A stretch of 61,032 bases of DNA, filler included, from Sphacelaria rigidula (GCA_964200075.2; 9 parts of 9 records of this genome joined end to end with filler, not necessarily neighbours in it), one strand, 5' to 3'; shown: positions 1 to 13,919, numbered from the whole stretch's first letter. Numbers and translations are program-made. The notes: generated by a model from the letters alone, not told the origin.

Positions 1-289
1 AAGGCAAGCAACAAATGACAACGCCCCCCCCCCACCCCCCCCCCCATCCCCCTCCCGAGTTGGTCGGGGTGTGGTAAAACAAATACAGCAGGTCTGTCAA
101 AGGAGTAAAGAAACAAAATGGAGACGAAGGGAGGATCAAACAACATCCCCAGGTACCCACGGAGAGAAACATCAAAGTTTTCGGGAAGACGGCAGACGAC
201 CGGGCGAATATACTATTTGATGGACTACTCGTTATGTTTCGACGATCATTGATGGACACAGAGGGAATTTCAGAGGCACAGTAAACATT

Positions 290-2150
290 TCATTTGCATG
301 GCGCTTGTTGGTCCAATCCGCCGCGCCCTTCTTCGCTCCCTCCCTTACGGCCCGGTACCACCCAGGAGCATTTTGCGCAATTTGCGCACATCATGCCGCG
401 TCTAATCCGAAGCAGTACTCAGGAATACGGTGTTGCAAACGCTCCGCGAATTGGCCTGCCTTTTTCTCCTCGATGACCATTTCTCAACGCATGACGGTGT
501 CGGAGAGGCGCTTGACGTGGCCGGCGTCTAGTAAGATCGGCCTCGGTTGTGCGTCTATATATGCTCGTTGCGGCACCTCCGCAGTAATCCGCGGCGGGCC
601 TTGCGCAACAGACTGATTGGGTGAGAACGTTTGGATCATGCAGCCGTAAAGCATGATCTGAACCATCACTCCTGCCTTCACGAAACGAGCGTTTTCTGCC
701 AGGGCAATATACGCATCGTCGTATACCGGTCTGCTGTACTTGATGAAGCACTTCCTGGCCTGGGCAATACCGTGGTTGACGCCAGTGGTGACGTTGCCGA
801 TGCTCTTGATGGTGCCGCCGAGATAGACAAAAGTACGCCGCTTGCTTGCACCTTCGGCATGCCGCCTCCACCTCAACCACGTCCGCCTTCACGTCTGAGA
901 AGCGCATGTGTATGGTTACTGTCTTCTTTTCCGCCACGACGAGACCGGACGCCGCACAGACTTCGAAGGTGGGCGTAATCGTCTTTGTCAGGCTTGGTTG
1001 AGATCACAGCGCGGTGCTGGCGTCGTCGGCGTGCGGTATGGCCCAAAGTTCCTCGTGAAGCAGGTCCGTGATTGTCCCACCCCTGGTAGCGATGCAAATG
1101 AAGTCATTCACCGCAGCCTCACCGATCGAGAAGCGCGGTCGAGCGTCACCCTCACCATTACCGCGAAAAAATACCCAACACGTGGGCAATCTCACAGCCT
1201 TGGCAGAGGCCCTGGTTAACGTCAGAACACTGAAGTTTCGCCGCTGCAAGGCGTCCGCACGCCCGCATGCCATCGTGGAAGTGACTGATGACGGAAATCA
1301 TCTCGACGGGGACGCCGTATCGTGCAAGCACCTTCCATAGAAGGGTGTGGTTGACTGAGTTGTACGCCTTCCGGAGGCCGATGAAGCATAGGTACGGCGG
1401 AAGATTGTTCTCTGGCTAGGTTTTGATGTCTGCGCACAACATACGTCATGTCGACTGTCGATCAGCGGAGTCGGAAATTGCGCTGAGCTTGGGAGGATTC
1501 TCTTTCATTCGCAATATTCGTGGAGGCGAACCGTAATAGCTATCTTGAGAACCACCTTGCCCTCGTGGGACCCGAGGGAGATGCCGCGGTAGCTGCCAAA
1601 TTTATGCGAGTCTTTTTTCTCGAAAAACACCGTGATGACAGCGTCTTCCCATTTGCGAGTCAACGTGCGAAGAGGGGGGGGGGGGGGGGGGATTTTGGGC
1701 CATGTCTTTCACGAAATTTCACGTCAAGTCGCCGTCGAAAGCAGCAAGTAACTGCTGTTCGAACGCGCTTGTCACCGATAAATAACACTCATTCATTCCG
1801 CTTGACACCAGTTTCCCGACATATAAGCGTGCCGCCAGTGTGTTTGGTCGTCGGACACGCATATTTGTCCATTTTTTCGTGAAGTCATCCCCCCCCTCCC
1901 CCCAATCGTAGGATCACTCTCCTGTGGCACTACTTCCAGACGCCACACTGTAATCACGAAGTTGTGGAGGTACCTCATCATTGTGGCAGAATCCTCGGTG
2001 AGGCCGAGCATGAATAGATCGCCACACAGGTTGTCAATCTCAACAGCCTTGCTGTTTGCTAGCTTGCGCGATGCTTCCTTCACGTCTTTCCTCGAAGGCT
2101 CGGCCGCGAACGCTTCGTTCCCCGGCATCTGTTCGATGGCATTTATGGTA
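290..2150 (-). mobile_element. Decayed RTE-clade LINE (reverse transcriptase and C-terminus), interrupted by a ~260-bp insertion
   Basis: Minus-strand fragments in RT order: KLANSKAVEIDNLCGDLF..VWRLEVVPQ | KWEDAVITVFFEKKD..YRGISL; LWAIPHADDA (degenerate YADD); FVYLGGTI..MLYGC; WYRAVREGA. Many stops and frameshifts. Confidence 0.9.
1657..1919. mobile_element. Putative old MITE inserted in the RTE RT
   Basis: Splits the VPQ/KWED motif. Ends GAGTCAACGTGCGA and (rc) GAGTGATCCTACGA, each followed inward by a G-tract and a CTTCACGAAA-like motif. No clean TSD. Confidence 0.5.
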
Positions 2151-5100
2151 AATTCTCGAGCGTAGACGCTGTCGTGGTGGTAAACTCAAGATTTATCACC
2201 ACTTTGTTTCTCTGAGATTGACGGTATGTGTTTTCAGAGATTTCTAAGTTTTTCGTGGGCTGTTTGACGAATTGATAATCCTTCCAGAAGTGACAATGGG
2301 CGTCCGAAAAGTGTCGTGAATGGCGGCGATATCCTCTCAGGAAAGAAGTACAGCAAGACTCTCCGAGGTGGCAAAATCCGCGATGCCCCGTACTGTATTG
2401 TACTCCGGCGAAAAATAGCGCTGAATCCTTGCTGAATCGCCCACATATATTTTTCGTATCTTTTTTCAATCGGGAGGTTGCTTTCCCTCGAACTGTTGTG
2501 CCACGATGATAGATCCATTTTTGCCGCACATCACCCACATATCGATACAATAAAGTATTTTGCACCGAGTGTTTCCTCAGCGCCTGAAGGCGGTGTGCGC
2601 GTCCCAGCAGTACCAACTACCCAGGAAATAAACGGCCAAAAACATGTGATGTGCAGGGAAAGACACCATCAAGCGGAAATTTCAGACAGCAATCGCTCCA
2701 TCATCAGAAGGAATTTTATGCCAGATGCCGTCGCGATGGGCAATAGCTGGTATATAACATATGTTTCCCATATTCAGGGCTTTCATTAAAGCTGTGGATC
2801 GTTGCTGAACTCCTGTTATATCAAGAGATATTTCCCCTCCCCACACTATCTTGGCTTCCTAGCAGTCTAGATCTTTTATATATCCGTAACGCAGAAGATG
2901 ACCATGATTTGTGTAATCTAATTCAATGCGTTTTAATTAATTCAACGCACAGGTTACCCTATGGCTGTCTAGTCAGCCCACTTGATCACGTTCACTACAG
3001 CCGATACTGACTCAGAATTTCTCCGCCGGCGACTTCTCTCTGTTAGTTCCCTCCATCCGTCAGGCCTGATTCACCAGGTGAGATTAGTTTCGTGCTCATC
3101 CAGTTCCATGGCTGTAGTTTCGAAACGTGATACACGTGTCACCAAGCATCTGCATTTCCTCACGCTGTTGGTGTTTTGTAGTACTTCGCGTACAACTAAG
3201 ACAAAGCGTCTTGTTCACCACATGCGACAACATTAGTTGGTATGTATACACCCTTGCGAGGTCACTTCTTCTTTTTCATCTCCGTCCGCTCTTCTCTCGC
3301 CCTAGAAGCTCATGTCAAACCTCGCACTACCGGTGGACTATTTTGTGTACTACGTACCCCTGCACCCTTGCCGCTCAACAATGCAAAGAAGATGTTCCGA
3401 AACTTGAAGCGGACGGCGCGGCGATAGCTACGAGGCCTTTCTACACTCTCTGAATACGAACTCAAGCCAAGACAAAAGCGCGTATAACGACGTGTTCAAC
3501 GCACGCAAGTGAAGTCTTGGAGTGATATCGCTTCCGCCGTGGCAACTTGCCGAAAAAAAGAGCCTAGAGTAGGCTCGAGGGTGGTGGAGGGGGTGATATT
3601 GTCATTGTTAGCGTTATTCTCGGAATAGTTTCGCAGGGTCACAGTTCAGGGATATCTGGGGTTTTCAGGGACTGGTGAGACAGGGGGGGGCGGAAGGATG
3701 GTGCTGTTTGCAGAACAGGCAAAATGTCACCATGTCACCCACTCATGTTTGGAAGTCTTTCACGCAAAATTCTAAGCCAGCAACGGGACCCAAGAGGAGC
3801 GAAGTGACCATTTTGAGAGCTGTGATTGGTCAGTCTCGCGATTTGCTCCTCTATAGATGGACTGCAGATGACCTACCTCGCGGGCTAGCGGCAGTTCCCA
3901 AATCGTTCGTAACAATTCAACCATTAGCATCATAGGCACAAACAGCGTTATCTTTACTCTGCTGGTTGTCTTTGCGGCCTGCTGAACTCCGCTAATTTTT
4001 TTGCCAGCGTAGCTTCACACTGTTGTGTTACTGTGTTACGAGGCGAATACATCACCAGCTTGAGGTAGATTGTGTTCAGTGCAGAGCGATGGCACGCTCA
4101 CTGTTACTTGCCGTTGCACCAAGCGAAGTTATACAGCACACATACTCCTGACTTTGCACGCACTTTGCTGCAAGGCGAAAACCCATCGAGGACTCTCGGA
4201 GACTATTTTCGACATCTGTGCCCAACATCCACGTGTTCATGATGCCAGGCGTTTCGTGTTGTAGCGGAAAGACAGCTGTCCTGAACCCACCATGTGGCAT
4301 AGGTCATCCGAGTCCGTTTGAGGAGGATTCGCAGGCTCAGGGTAGACCCTTTTGGGCCCTGGCCACACGAAGAATCAAAACGTGCTTTGCTGGCTAGTCT
4401 TCAGTGGATGGAATTCGCACATATTCAGAACCAACCACGCGGGTTGTGCAGTCCCAACCGACATAACTCACAGGTTAGAGTCAGTACTACAGCAGTACCG
4501 TACAACGTGAGGATATGCTATAGTAATGGGCCCCCCCAAAATGTCCGGGCAATTCGACGACACCATTCCGGCCGTAGACAACTTTTCTATTATTCCTCTT
4601 ACTTCTTGAGATGCTGTACCGGAATGCGGTTGATTTTACTGTCCACCCTTTTGAAGAACAAGTCGCGCGTTCAGGCGGCGCCCTCTCTGTTTAGACGCTT
4701 CATACTCCAGTGGTATTCCTTTTCCATAACATGGATGCATTTGCGTCGGAGACGTGTACGTTCCAGTGGATCGAGTCATGTTCTGCAGTTTCGATTATTT
4801 TGTACCCAGAGAGGAGGTCATCGTGGGACGAGGGGTGGGCAATGTCAGCTTCGAGAGGTGACTTCAGGGGCGATGCTCCACGATGAAAAAGGCCGCATCA
4901 CGCACGAGATCGGTCACAGCACATATCGTGAGCGATTATTGCTGAAAAATGCCTGTTTACGCTAGAACAGGGCGAAGTTAATGCAGGGTTCTCCAGATGC
5001 CGGCCAAACCCTGCGAGCATTGGTCTTGGAACACATGTAAAAAATATTTCTTGCTGTCTGTGTTATCTGCTGCGTACCAACCGTAGCAGTGACGCCTTGG

Positions 5101-6693
5101 GTGGTACCACCTGCTCACAGCACAGCGGCAGGGTGCAGGGTGACATAGCACACCGCAGAGCGTCACATCCTTAGCCTGTCCCTTCGCTGCACTGATTTTC
5201 CGCTGTCTTGCGCAGGTCGCCACCACACTAACCCAGATGCTTGTGCTGCGGCCAACGTGTACGTGGGATATCACCCCTCGCGACGCACTATATAGCTACG
5301 CCACATTTTTTTCAGCTGTTCGTGTTGCAGCTAAGCGTGCGTTTGCTCTAGGTGGCGCACGCAGGAGTGAAAAACCGCCTCCGCCGCTCTAATGGCTGCC
5401 CGTATGTTGAGCGAAGCTGTATGATAACACAGTCCCTATGATGCGAAATCCGCCTGTGACAATTCTCGTGGTGGAGGAGATTTTTACCTCTGGTGTTCTA
5501 ACATAGCGTGCAGTCACCAAGTGGAAGTACGAGTATTACACAAACTACAGTAGGCGATAGATTTCATACTGTGCTCAGTACTGTTTTTCAATATTGTGTA
5601 CGTACTGATTGTAGATATATTCGTCCAAAGTGCGGTACGTTTCCACGGATACTGCTACTCGGTGAGATCGTGAATATATCCGTAACATATGGGTGAAGTG
5701 CAGGAGGGCATTCACTATTTCTTTCACGTGCAAACTCTGGCCTGGTGCACTGTTAGTTGATATCGCTAGAAAAACACTACGATGACCACCGTGCCGGCTG
5801 CCAGACTGTCAGCACTTTGGGTGCACTAGCATGGGTGCACTAGCATTGCTACTGTCTGTACGGGGAGGTTGCTCCCTTGTGGGGTACGCCGGCTAGGGTC
5901 TGTGGTAGAAAAACGTGGTCGAGCGAGAGAAGCTTTACCTTGACCTGTCGAGCGACTTGGACCGGGAACGGTCAGGCCCCGGCCCTCACAATATGATGCA
6001 TCCTAAATGCCGCTCCTATGCTGGATTCCTGCGAGCGTTCATTCCTAACTGGGCGAGGATTGACGTTGACGCCGGCAGGATCTGTTGTGGCCTGCGAGCC
6101 CGACCGATACCGTACCCACTATTATCGTCATCGGTCAAGAAGTGCTAAAGCCGAATAAACACACACATCGTTGGTATCCACCGTTTCAATGCAGACCGGG
6201 CCCTCAGCGCCTTGTGCGTCTACGGCTGCGACTGTGACACCTTGCTGTGTACCAATCAACACATCCTCAAGTTTCGGCGTCATCAAACGCGAGGTGCGGA
6301 TTTCTTGACACCTAACATTCAGTAGCGCCGCCTCCATAATATGTAAAACGAACAACACTGACTCTTTTACGCCATTGACTCGGAGCCGGTAGCACTGGCG
6401 TTTTTCTGCCCTTTTTGAAGCGTATCCTCGACTCACGTTTATACATGAGTCGTCTTCCGGTTGGTTCTGCTGACCGCGGGACGCTTCGTTAAACGGCCAC
6501 TGCGATGTCCTACATTTCGGTTTGAAGCACACAACTAAAAAATCAGCGGTCGAATCGCAAACGTCCCCGAGGAGAACCAGGCGAGCAAAGTCGGCACCTC
6601 GATGGAGTGTCCAGAACAACCCACAAATAGGGGGGGCTGGGGGGGGGGGGGGGGGGCGACTCCATTTTTTGTCTGGCTTATACATTTGAACCG

Positions 6694-6793
6694 NNNNNNN
6701 NNNNNNNNNNNNNNNNNNNNNNNNNNNNNNNNNNNNNTTAATTAATTAANNNNNNNNNNNNNNNNNNNNNNNNNNNNNNNNNNNNNNNNNNNN
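6694..6793. other. Artificial scaffold linker (N44-TTAATTAATTAA-N44)
   Basis: Identical 100-bp linkers at 6694, 13487, 20280, 27073, 33865, 40657, 47449 and 54241. The core gives stops in all six frames. Confidence 0.99.
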
Positions 6794-7573
6794 GTTTAAT
6801 ATTCTTGCAACGGCAGCAGAAGACAGTCTCGTGACAGCACAGGGCATGCCTACTGCCCGCCCCAGCTGCTGAAGCAACTTCGCACGGGGTTTGGCAAGCG
6901 GATAGTAAGAGCTGATACCGTAGTATCTGCGGCGATGGTAATATTTTATGCTGCGCTGCGCTGCCGGTATATGTATCGCTATAACGAACGCTAGTGTACT
7001 CTCCCAGCTGTTGTCGATGTACTTGAGGGGTGATGTATGGTACAGCGCACTGCTGAACTCTGCTCGCGCACTGTTTGTTCTCTCTGTTCTCGCAATACCG
7101 GCTGTGCCATCATGTACTACTGATGTAGTGTTCTGCACTGTATTACCCTAGGGTACCAAGGTACGACACCGTACTCGAAGGGCTGGTTACCGCCTGCCTC
7201 CTCTTCGGCTTCATGCACGAGGACGCAGTACCACACTCGTCCAGAAAATGACTGTCTGTGTACAGAACCGTTTCACAAATCTGTGATACTGTGCTGTACT
7301 GTCTGTACCATAAAACGGTCACCCCGATTTTGAGTCCACGAATTTGAGTCCTCCCGATTTTTTCAAAATCGGGGCCCCCAAAAAATCGAGATTCGTTGCC
7401 ATGAAAGTGGGTCTAATTCATGAAAAATATATATTTAAGGTCCTGTACGTTTTTGCTTTAATTTTGCCCTTGCGATACTCCATATCAAACTTCAAAACAC
7501 AACTGCCAACATTGAGATAAGAATCCCTGATTTAGTGCATCTCGTAATATATAGAGTTTAGTATAAAGTATCA

Positions 7574-7921
7574 TGTGCGCCATATCTCTAGATGGACGAC
7601 GGGTTATGTGAAGGTGACGGTATCGAGCGTTTCCCCGTGTTTGAGGGAATGCTCACACCAGAAATCATCCGCTATACATATCGTTCGGGGTTTCGTATAT
7701 ACTTTAGTGTGTAAGGACACTCTCTCCGTACGGTACAGGATTAGGATTCACTCGACGTGGCGTTTCATCAAGGACAAAAAAATGGCCCAAGCCTTTGACA
7801 AGATAGATTTCTTCGCCTTGATTAGACGATGAATAACATGTGCAGATCCCGGCACAATTGGTCTTCGTCCATGAGATATAGCCGTGGGAGCTTAACTCCG
7901 TTTTAGGCTGGCCCCGGTCGT
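7574..7921 (+). repeat. Dispersed non-coding repeat, copy 1
   Basis: Colinear with 14517-14861 (shared TGTGCGCCATATCTC, CTCCGTACGGTA, CTTGATTAGACGAT, GAGCTTAA, GCTGGCCC..TCGT). Confidence 0.8.
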
Positions 7922-9277
7922 GGTATTCTCGTTGTCACCGTTGACCAGGCACTAGGCACCACCTTTCGAGACACATTTCAGACAGCGGGGGGGTCACACG
8001 CGCTCGCCGCCCGTTTTTTCCCGTTTTTCCTGCTATAATACTATTTTTTCCCTTCGTTATTTTCGGAATTTACGCGTTTTTTCCGGCAAACACTGTGCGA
8101 GTTTCCGTTTCCCGATTTCAGTGCTAGGGCTTTGTTTACGAAGCTTGGCGCTTGCACAGCCCCCACACTGCACTGTAGATGGGAGCTTGCTGTTGTCTGG
8201 GATGCTCCTGCTGATGTCGGGTGCTTGTCGTGCTGTCACGGCACATTGCGATGGGATGGGGAATGTTGCGAATGGCGGAACCGTTTTATCAATGAGCTAA
8301 CAAAAATTTTCAACAATCAACTCAACGTTTAGAGCTGAACTAAGACACGTGTGCGGATTGTGTCCAAGCCCGCGTTTCGCAGCAAGACGAGTCGGGAATA
8401 GTGAGATGGTAAACACCGCTCAAGAGTGTGAAGTTGGAGCAAGATAGTGTAATGAAATAGGGCCATGGATACGTTGTTCATTTTGTCGAAAAATACTGAT
8501 TATTGAGCACTACAGTACTGCATTTATTCTCCAAATCAAACGTGGGTATCCGAGGGATGCCTGATACCAGAACCTGGGCATGCCTTGGGCACGCTTATCA
8601 TGTGTAGCAACTTACGCATCAGTCCTGAATGTAGACATCATATCATGTGTGCCCAAGCTCCAACTGCAGCGCCTGCGGCTGGCCTCAACCCTCGCTCCGC
8701 TCATGTCGTTTTTCAGCCCGAGCCATAGCCTTGCAACATGCGACCCTGCCGTTGACGGCGAGTAGCGTGTAGCTGTTCATGATGCTACTGCGTGGACCTC
8801 AACGAGAACCCCGCAACCACAGTGAAAGTCATGCGCTGGAAGCGGGTAAGACATGATGGCTACTGTAGGCCTATTAAACGCTTCTTGATAGCGGGCTGGT
8901 TCCTTAGCACTCTGTAGTGACCAAAAGTACGCGAAGATCGGCCTCGGTGCTGTGTTTCCAGCTTCGACCGTTTTAGTACCGGACGATCAACTAGCTTTCC
9001 CCTCCTTTTTTCTCGGCCGGTGGTTGAGAATAACGACTTGTGGTCGAAAGATACCACGTATACGTGTAGATGAAAATGGTTGCGATGCACATGCGGGCGT
9101 CACAGTAGAGAACAATTAAAAAGGAGTCCTGTTTGCGTCAAGGGTAGTGTGGTCAACGCACACAGTGAACTACTGCCTGTTTGTTGCTGAAAAGCTGAAG
9201 GGTATGCGGGTGTGGTGTGGGGCTGTCTAGACGTGGGACCGGAGTTTTGCGGAGTTCTCTTCCTCCCCCCCCCCCAA

Positions 9278-9692
9278 CCCTCTACCAGTAGTCGAGTGGA
9301 GGAGGAAGTGGATGCACAGAATTGCTCCTGACAAAGCAATAGCGAGTAGAATTCATAGAGTGACAGAATGTGAAGTATACAATTAAGAACGGGACGTGCT
9401 AGAGGAGGAAATGCGGGAAGTAAACGAAGGTGGCATGTAATCGTTGAATGCATTAGACAGTAGGTGAAATGATCGCTATACTAGGAGATAGATCGTCGCC
9501 ACGGACGGCGAAACAGGACGGGGATAAGATACGCCACATGTTTTTGTGCAATACATGGAAGAAACGTCATGATGAGCGCTCAAATGTTAAAGGTGTCTCT
9601 TTTGGGAGTAGGAACGGTGCGCCGTCTCGAAAGGGATGCGTGGTCAATGGTCAAACGACTACAAGGCAAGCAACGAATGAGAACGCCCTGCC
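9278..9692 (+). mobile_element. 5'-truncated RTEX-like LINE 3' end (family A)
   Basis: Homologous to 57430-58135 (-). Degenerate C-x-C..H..C zinc knuckle, ERDVLEEEMREVNEGGM, and terminal PSRKGCVVNGQ / AAGGCAAGCAAC(G/A)AATGAG tail. Confidence 0.8.
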
Positions 9693-10287
9693 ACTCAACA
9701 CTAACAGTCAATTGAGCCGAACAAACACAGACTGACGCGCACACACAACTAACGCGCATGGAAACGCAGCGGTAAGCGTGTCCTTCTCAGAAACCCCTGC
9801 TTTCATAAGATGCTTGCTGCTGAGCGTTCGGTAGACAGGGCCCTGTCAATCACATTGGGCTGCAGTCCTTTGGGCCAAGGCTACCACTTGTTAATAGAAA
9901 CCGTCGAGCACCCGAAGGACAAACCAGCGATCATCCACGCCTGGACTGCTGCGATCCTCCAACAATCGGTGGGACTGTCACATGTGCCAATTCGCCGCCG
10001 GCCCTAGAAAGTTTCAAGAGGAGGCAGTTGGCGTTCATCGCTGTCCGAATGGGAGGGTCGCCAATGTGTGCAACCATCCCAAAGTTGTGGGAAGCTTGAA
10101 AGTGGAGGCGTTATCGCAAAGAAAGTGCCGTTTGTCTTTTCATCCGACAGGGTTATCGCTCGTGTATATTGTAGAGTGTTCCATCTATCCCTATCCACTC
10201 TCGACGAACACGCGACAACTCTACGAGTAGAAACACCATGATATATGATGAATGATACTAACCTCATGGTTATGATGACTCCCACAG

Positions 10288-13200
10288 GCCAACCCGGAAC
10301 AATCCAAGCACCTGGAGACAGCGCGAATGAAGATCTTGGGGAGTTGGGTTGACTTGGTCAACTTACGTACAGAGACCTACAGGTAGGCTTTCCCCCCATA
10401 GTCCCGAGATATGACGGATTATGTCGGAGTTAACAGTTCAGGAGACGCATGTCGTTTCGCTTGGATCTTCTTTGGAGATGCTGCAATTATTTTCGTCGTG
10501 TTGAAAATATTTTTATGATGATTCCCTGTGAAATGCGAATCCTGGTTTGCGGGCGTGCGTTTGACGCGGAACGACGTACAGTTAAATTTTCGCTCGTGCT
10601 GTGCCGTCGTTGTACACAGTGCCGACAGCCGAATCCCAGAAGCAGCATTCGGTTCCGCAGAGCAGGACGCCCTCCGCCGCGACTTCACCATCAATGCCCT
10701 GTTCTACAATGCCAACACGGCAGCTGTGGAAGACATGACTGGCAGGTACGTCGTTTATTTTTGGAGTGCTGTATATGCTGTACATACGAGGCCTCCTCAC
10801 ACAAGCCGCAGCGAAGAGGCCCGAGCGGAGCGGTCATCCGCGAGTTGCAAATAGATGAGACTCCTACTCAAAATCTGCCAAGGCGGAGAATTTCGAGGCT
10901 ATAAGACGGTGCATCCATTGGGTGTCTTTCAATTGTTTAACGCAAGGCCGCAATTGTTGTATTTCCAGCGCCATGAAGACACGGCAATATGTAGCCCCCC
11001 CATGCTCTCCTTCCCCAGTCCCACCTATAGGGGGCTGTGTTGTGTGTGTTGCTTGCTTGTGTTTCCTCGCCTACTTCTTCACCCTCCTGTTGCTCTGTCC
11101 TGAACCAAAGAAATTTACGGCGCTGTACTGCGGCGTTGTGTCATGGCGTGTGCATGTATGCTGCAGGGGCCTAGACGACCTTCGAGCCGGCATCATCCGT
11201 ACCCCGTTGTCTCCGATGGTGACCTTCCAAGACGACCCCCTCAGAGTACTCCGAGCGCTCCGTTTTGCGTCTCGCTTTGGCTTCACGCTGCACGAGGTGG
11301 GGTGGCACTTCGTGGTATGCGTGGGCGTTGCCGTGCTGAAGAGGCGCGAGGCATTCGAGGTCATTCTTGCGAGCAGGATGAAAGCAGAGTTATACACAAA
11401 TATGTACAAAGACCTGTTGGCCACGGCGTCTGAACACTTTCCATCGCCATCAAGTATCATGACAAATAGTTGAGTATACCACCACGGTTGGTTGATCTCT
11501 CTGACTGCATTGTCATACCTTTACACCAGCCCCATGTGTCTTCATCCGTCATGTTGTGTCGGCCGTGCAGGATCTTCGCGCGGCAGCTCAGGACCGCAAG
11601 ATACAGGTCGCCCTTGCAACGAAAGTTAGTCGTGAACGCGTGGGAGCAGAGCTATCCGGGATGCTGACGGGAAAGGTACAGTCAAGATCAAGCAATCCAC
11701 TGTCCGCGGTTTGGTCAATTACAGTAGTCGCACGGGTATGTCCTTCCCGGTACCACAATTAGCTGTATATCCCCCGTCCCCTTTTTTATTGTGGTATCGC
11801 CCACCCGGACCGCCCGCGACCCCAACAAAACCCGTTTCAATGGCTATCTCGGTTGCACAGTAGCAGCAGAGACTCATCTCATGCACCCCCTCGCGCCCGT
11901 TGCACATATCTTCGTGAAACAGATGGCTCAACCTGGGCTTGCGCTTTCTTTGCTGCAAGAGCTAGGCCTGGCACAGGCTGTCTACGCTCCCCCCGAGAAC
12001 CTTACCCCCCCACCGCCTGCGGGGGTCTACGACTGGGCTCGCGGTGCGGCTGTGGCCAGGGCCGCGGCTCGTGTGCTCGCGTTCCGTGCAGGGTCGGAGG
12101 CACAGGCAGAAGCGAAACGTTTGCAAGGTAGTGCGGTGTGCAAGGAGCCCCCCGCGAGCACGGGGGAAGGAAAATCTAGGACGCCCCCTTCTGAAATAGC
12201 GGTATTTTCGACGGTGGATAGCAAGTCTGTAAATGAAGGGGCGAGTGATGCAACGAAGAACGGGGCTGTTGCTGGCGGCGGCAATAGCTTGGTTGGAGAT
12301 GCGCAAATAGACCTGCAGCCAACCAGTAGCAGAACCGAGATGTCCGATAAAGTGAGAGATAGGGTGAGCGCGTCCACCGTCACAGGAACAGCGGCGACGG
12401 CGGTTTCCCAGACGGAGACAACTTCATGTTCGGATTTGCCTGCACCGGCTGCTGAATGCCAGCCTGCCTCTAGCACCACCGCTACCACCGCCGCGGTGGT
12501 ACCGGCGCCAACGGGAGAAGACACCGTCAGTGATGCGTCAACAACAGCCGTACTCAAAGGGAAGGGGAAGGCGAAAGCCGTCACCGCGAAGGGTAGATCG
12601 GTGGTTGAAGAGGTCAACGGTGGGACTGGAAGTAAGACGGACACCGACGATCCACGGACGCTTGTCCGAGAACTGTTCCTGTCCGCTGCGCTTCTACCGC
12701 TAAAGGGGATGCAGCAGAAGATCAAAAAAGGAAAGTTTATCCCTGCGGCGCAGTCCGTTGTGCAGGAGTCTCTGAAGGTGAGCAATTTTGTGTGTGGAGG
12801 AAGACGGCACAGCGGCGAAAGTTGAAAGGATTCCGTACACTACAATGTCCCGTCGATTGTAGCACTGAGCTTGGAACGTACTACCTCTATTGGTTATTCT
12901 ATACAACCAAACCGAAAGACTGCCCTGGTTGATCGATTGATTGAGCGTCACACTTTAACTGACCCCCCAGAGGCCCAGCCGTGGTCTCATGATGAACGTA
13001 CCCAACAAAAATTGCGACTTATAATCGGCCAGTCAATATATGTGAGTGATATTTCCTTGACCTGATTTGCTTTGGTGCCTGTCTGTGTTCCTTTCCGATG
13101 CAGCTCAAGTCCAAGGAAGCGAAAAACGTGGCCGAGATTCTGGAAGTGCTTCCGACGATTCGAAGGTTCGCGGACATTCTTGCCACCGGACCAGAAGTTG

Positions 13201-13301
13201 CTGCTCTGCCAAGCAAATGTGAGGGAGCCAAGGGGGGCGAAGGAGATGCGACTGAATACGCAGGGTTGTCACGGCTCGATGTCGGCCTTGCCGTTAGACA
13301 G
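10288..13301 (+). CDS. CCA1: CCA tRNA nucleotidyltransferase (class II), partial at both ends
   Basis: GT-AG exons with compatible phases: 10288-10382 (ANPEQSKHLETA..VDLVNLRTETYS), 10620-10745 (DSRIP..DALRRDFTINALFYN), 11167-11296 (GLDDL..IRTP..TFQDDPLRVLRALRFASRF), 11571-11675 (KVSRERVGAEL), 11923-12777, 13104-13301. The motif A exon(s) and the 3' end are not on this scaffold. Confidence 0.95.
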
Positions 13302-13919
13302 GTAGGCGCTTCAGATCGTTAGGTCTACATCCACTACATCTACCATATCGTGTCATGACTGTTTCATGCCAAATGAATCGTATATATATATATATATATA
13401 TCCATCTCTAAAGCTAGAATGCCCCCCCCCCCCCCCCCCGCCACCCCCCCCCCCCCCACCCCTCCTAACAACGACAAACCACCAACNNNNNNNNNNNNNN
13501 NNNNNNNNNNNNNNNNNNNNNNNNNNNNNNTTAATTAATTAANNNNNNNNNNNNNNNNNNNNNNNNNNNNNNNNNNNNNNNNNNNNAGATGAAACTTTCG
13601 GTCTTTGTCATAACCCTGCAGTTACACACGCGGGTTTTCAGCAACACTTCAGCGTTTCGTTTAGACGCCAGACACGCCATTCCAGACCAGCCTCATTGGT
13701 CGTTCTCGAGGCCTGGTCCCAAAAGGGTCAATTGACCAATAAATGGGCCGTTCGGGTCGATATAAATCTGGAACAGTATTTTGCGAGCCACTTACCGGCC
13801 CGCGTTTGGTGTTTCCGTATTGACATTTTGTGTGGGACCTCGCTAGGGTACGAAGAGCCCCAAAAGTAGGTTCGGTTGGCATTTATATATTTTCTTCACT
13901 GGTTCAGGATGTTTTAGTG

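Noticed and set aside
5885..5990. Minus-strand peptide STGQGKASLARPRFST resembling PVGTGKVSLARLYST at ~25250-25310 (P-loop-like or shared gag remnant)
   Set aside because: Too short and embedded in stop-ridden frames; not a true GxxxxGKS/T motif; cannot be supported without a search.
6738..6749. TTAATTAATTAA recurring every ~6793 bp as a periodic or CRISPR-like signal
   Set aside because: Artificial six-frame-stop linker embedded in N runs.
6794..10287. N-terminally truncated CCA enzyme lacking motif A
   Set aside because: The first visible exon has a normal acceptor; upstream exons are most simply beyond a long TE-filled intron, off the scaffold.
12027..12785. Long antisense ORFs (also 30695-31648, 37399-38190, 42216-42905)
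   Set aside because: Shadow ORFs of GC-rich exons or TE coding regions, with no recognisable motifs.
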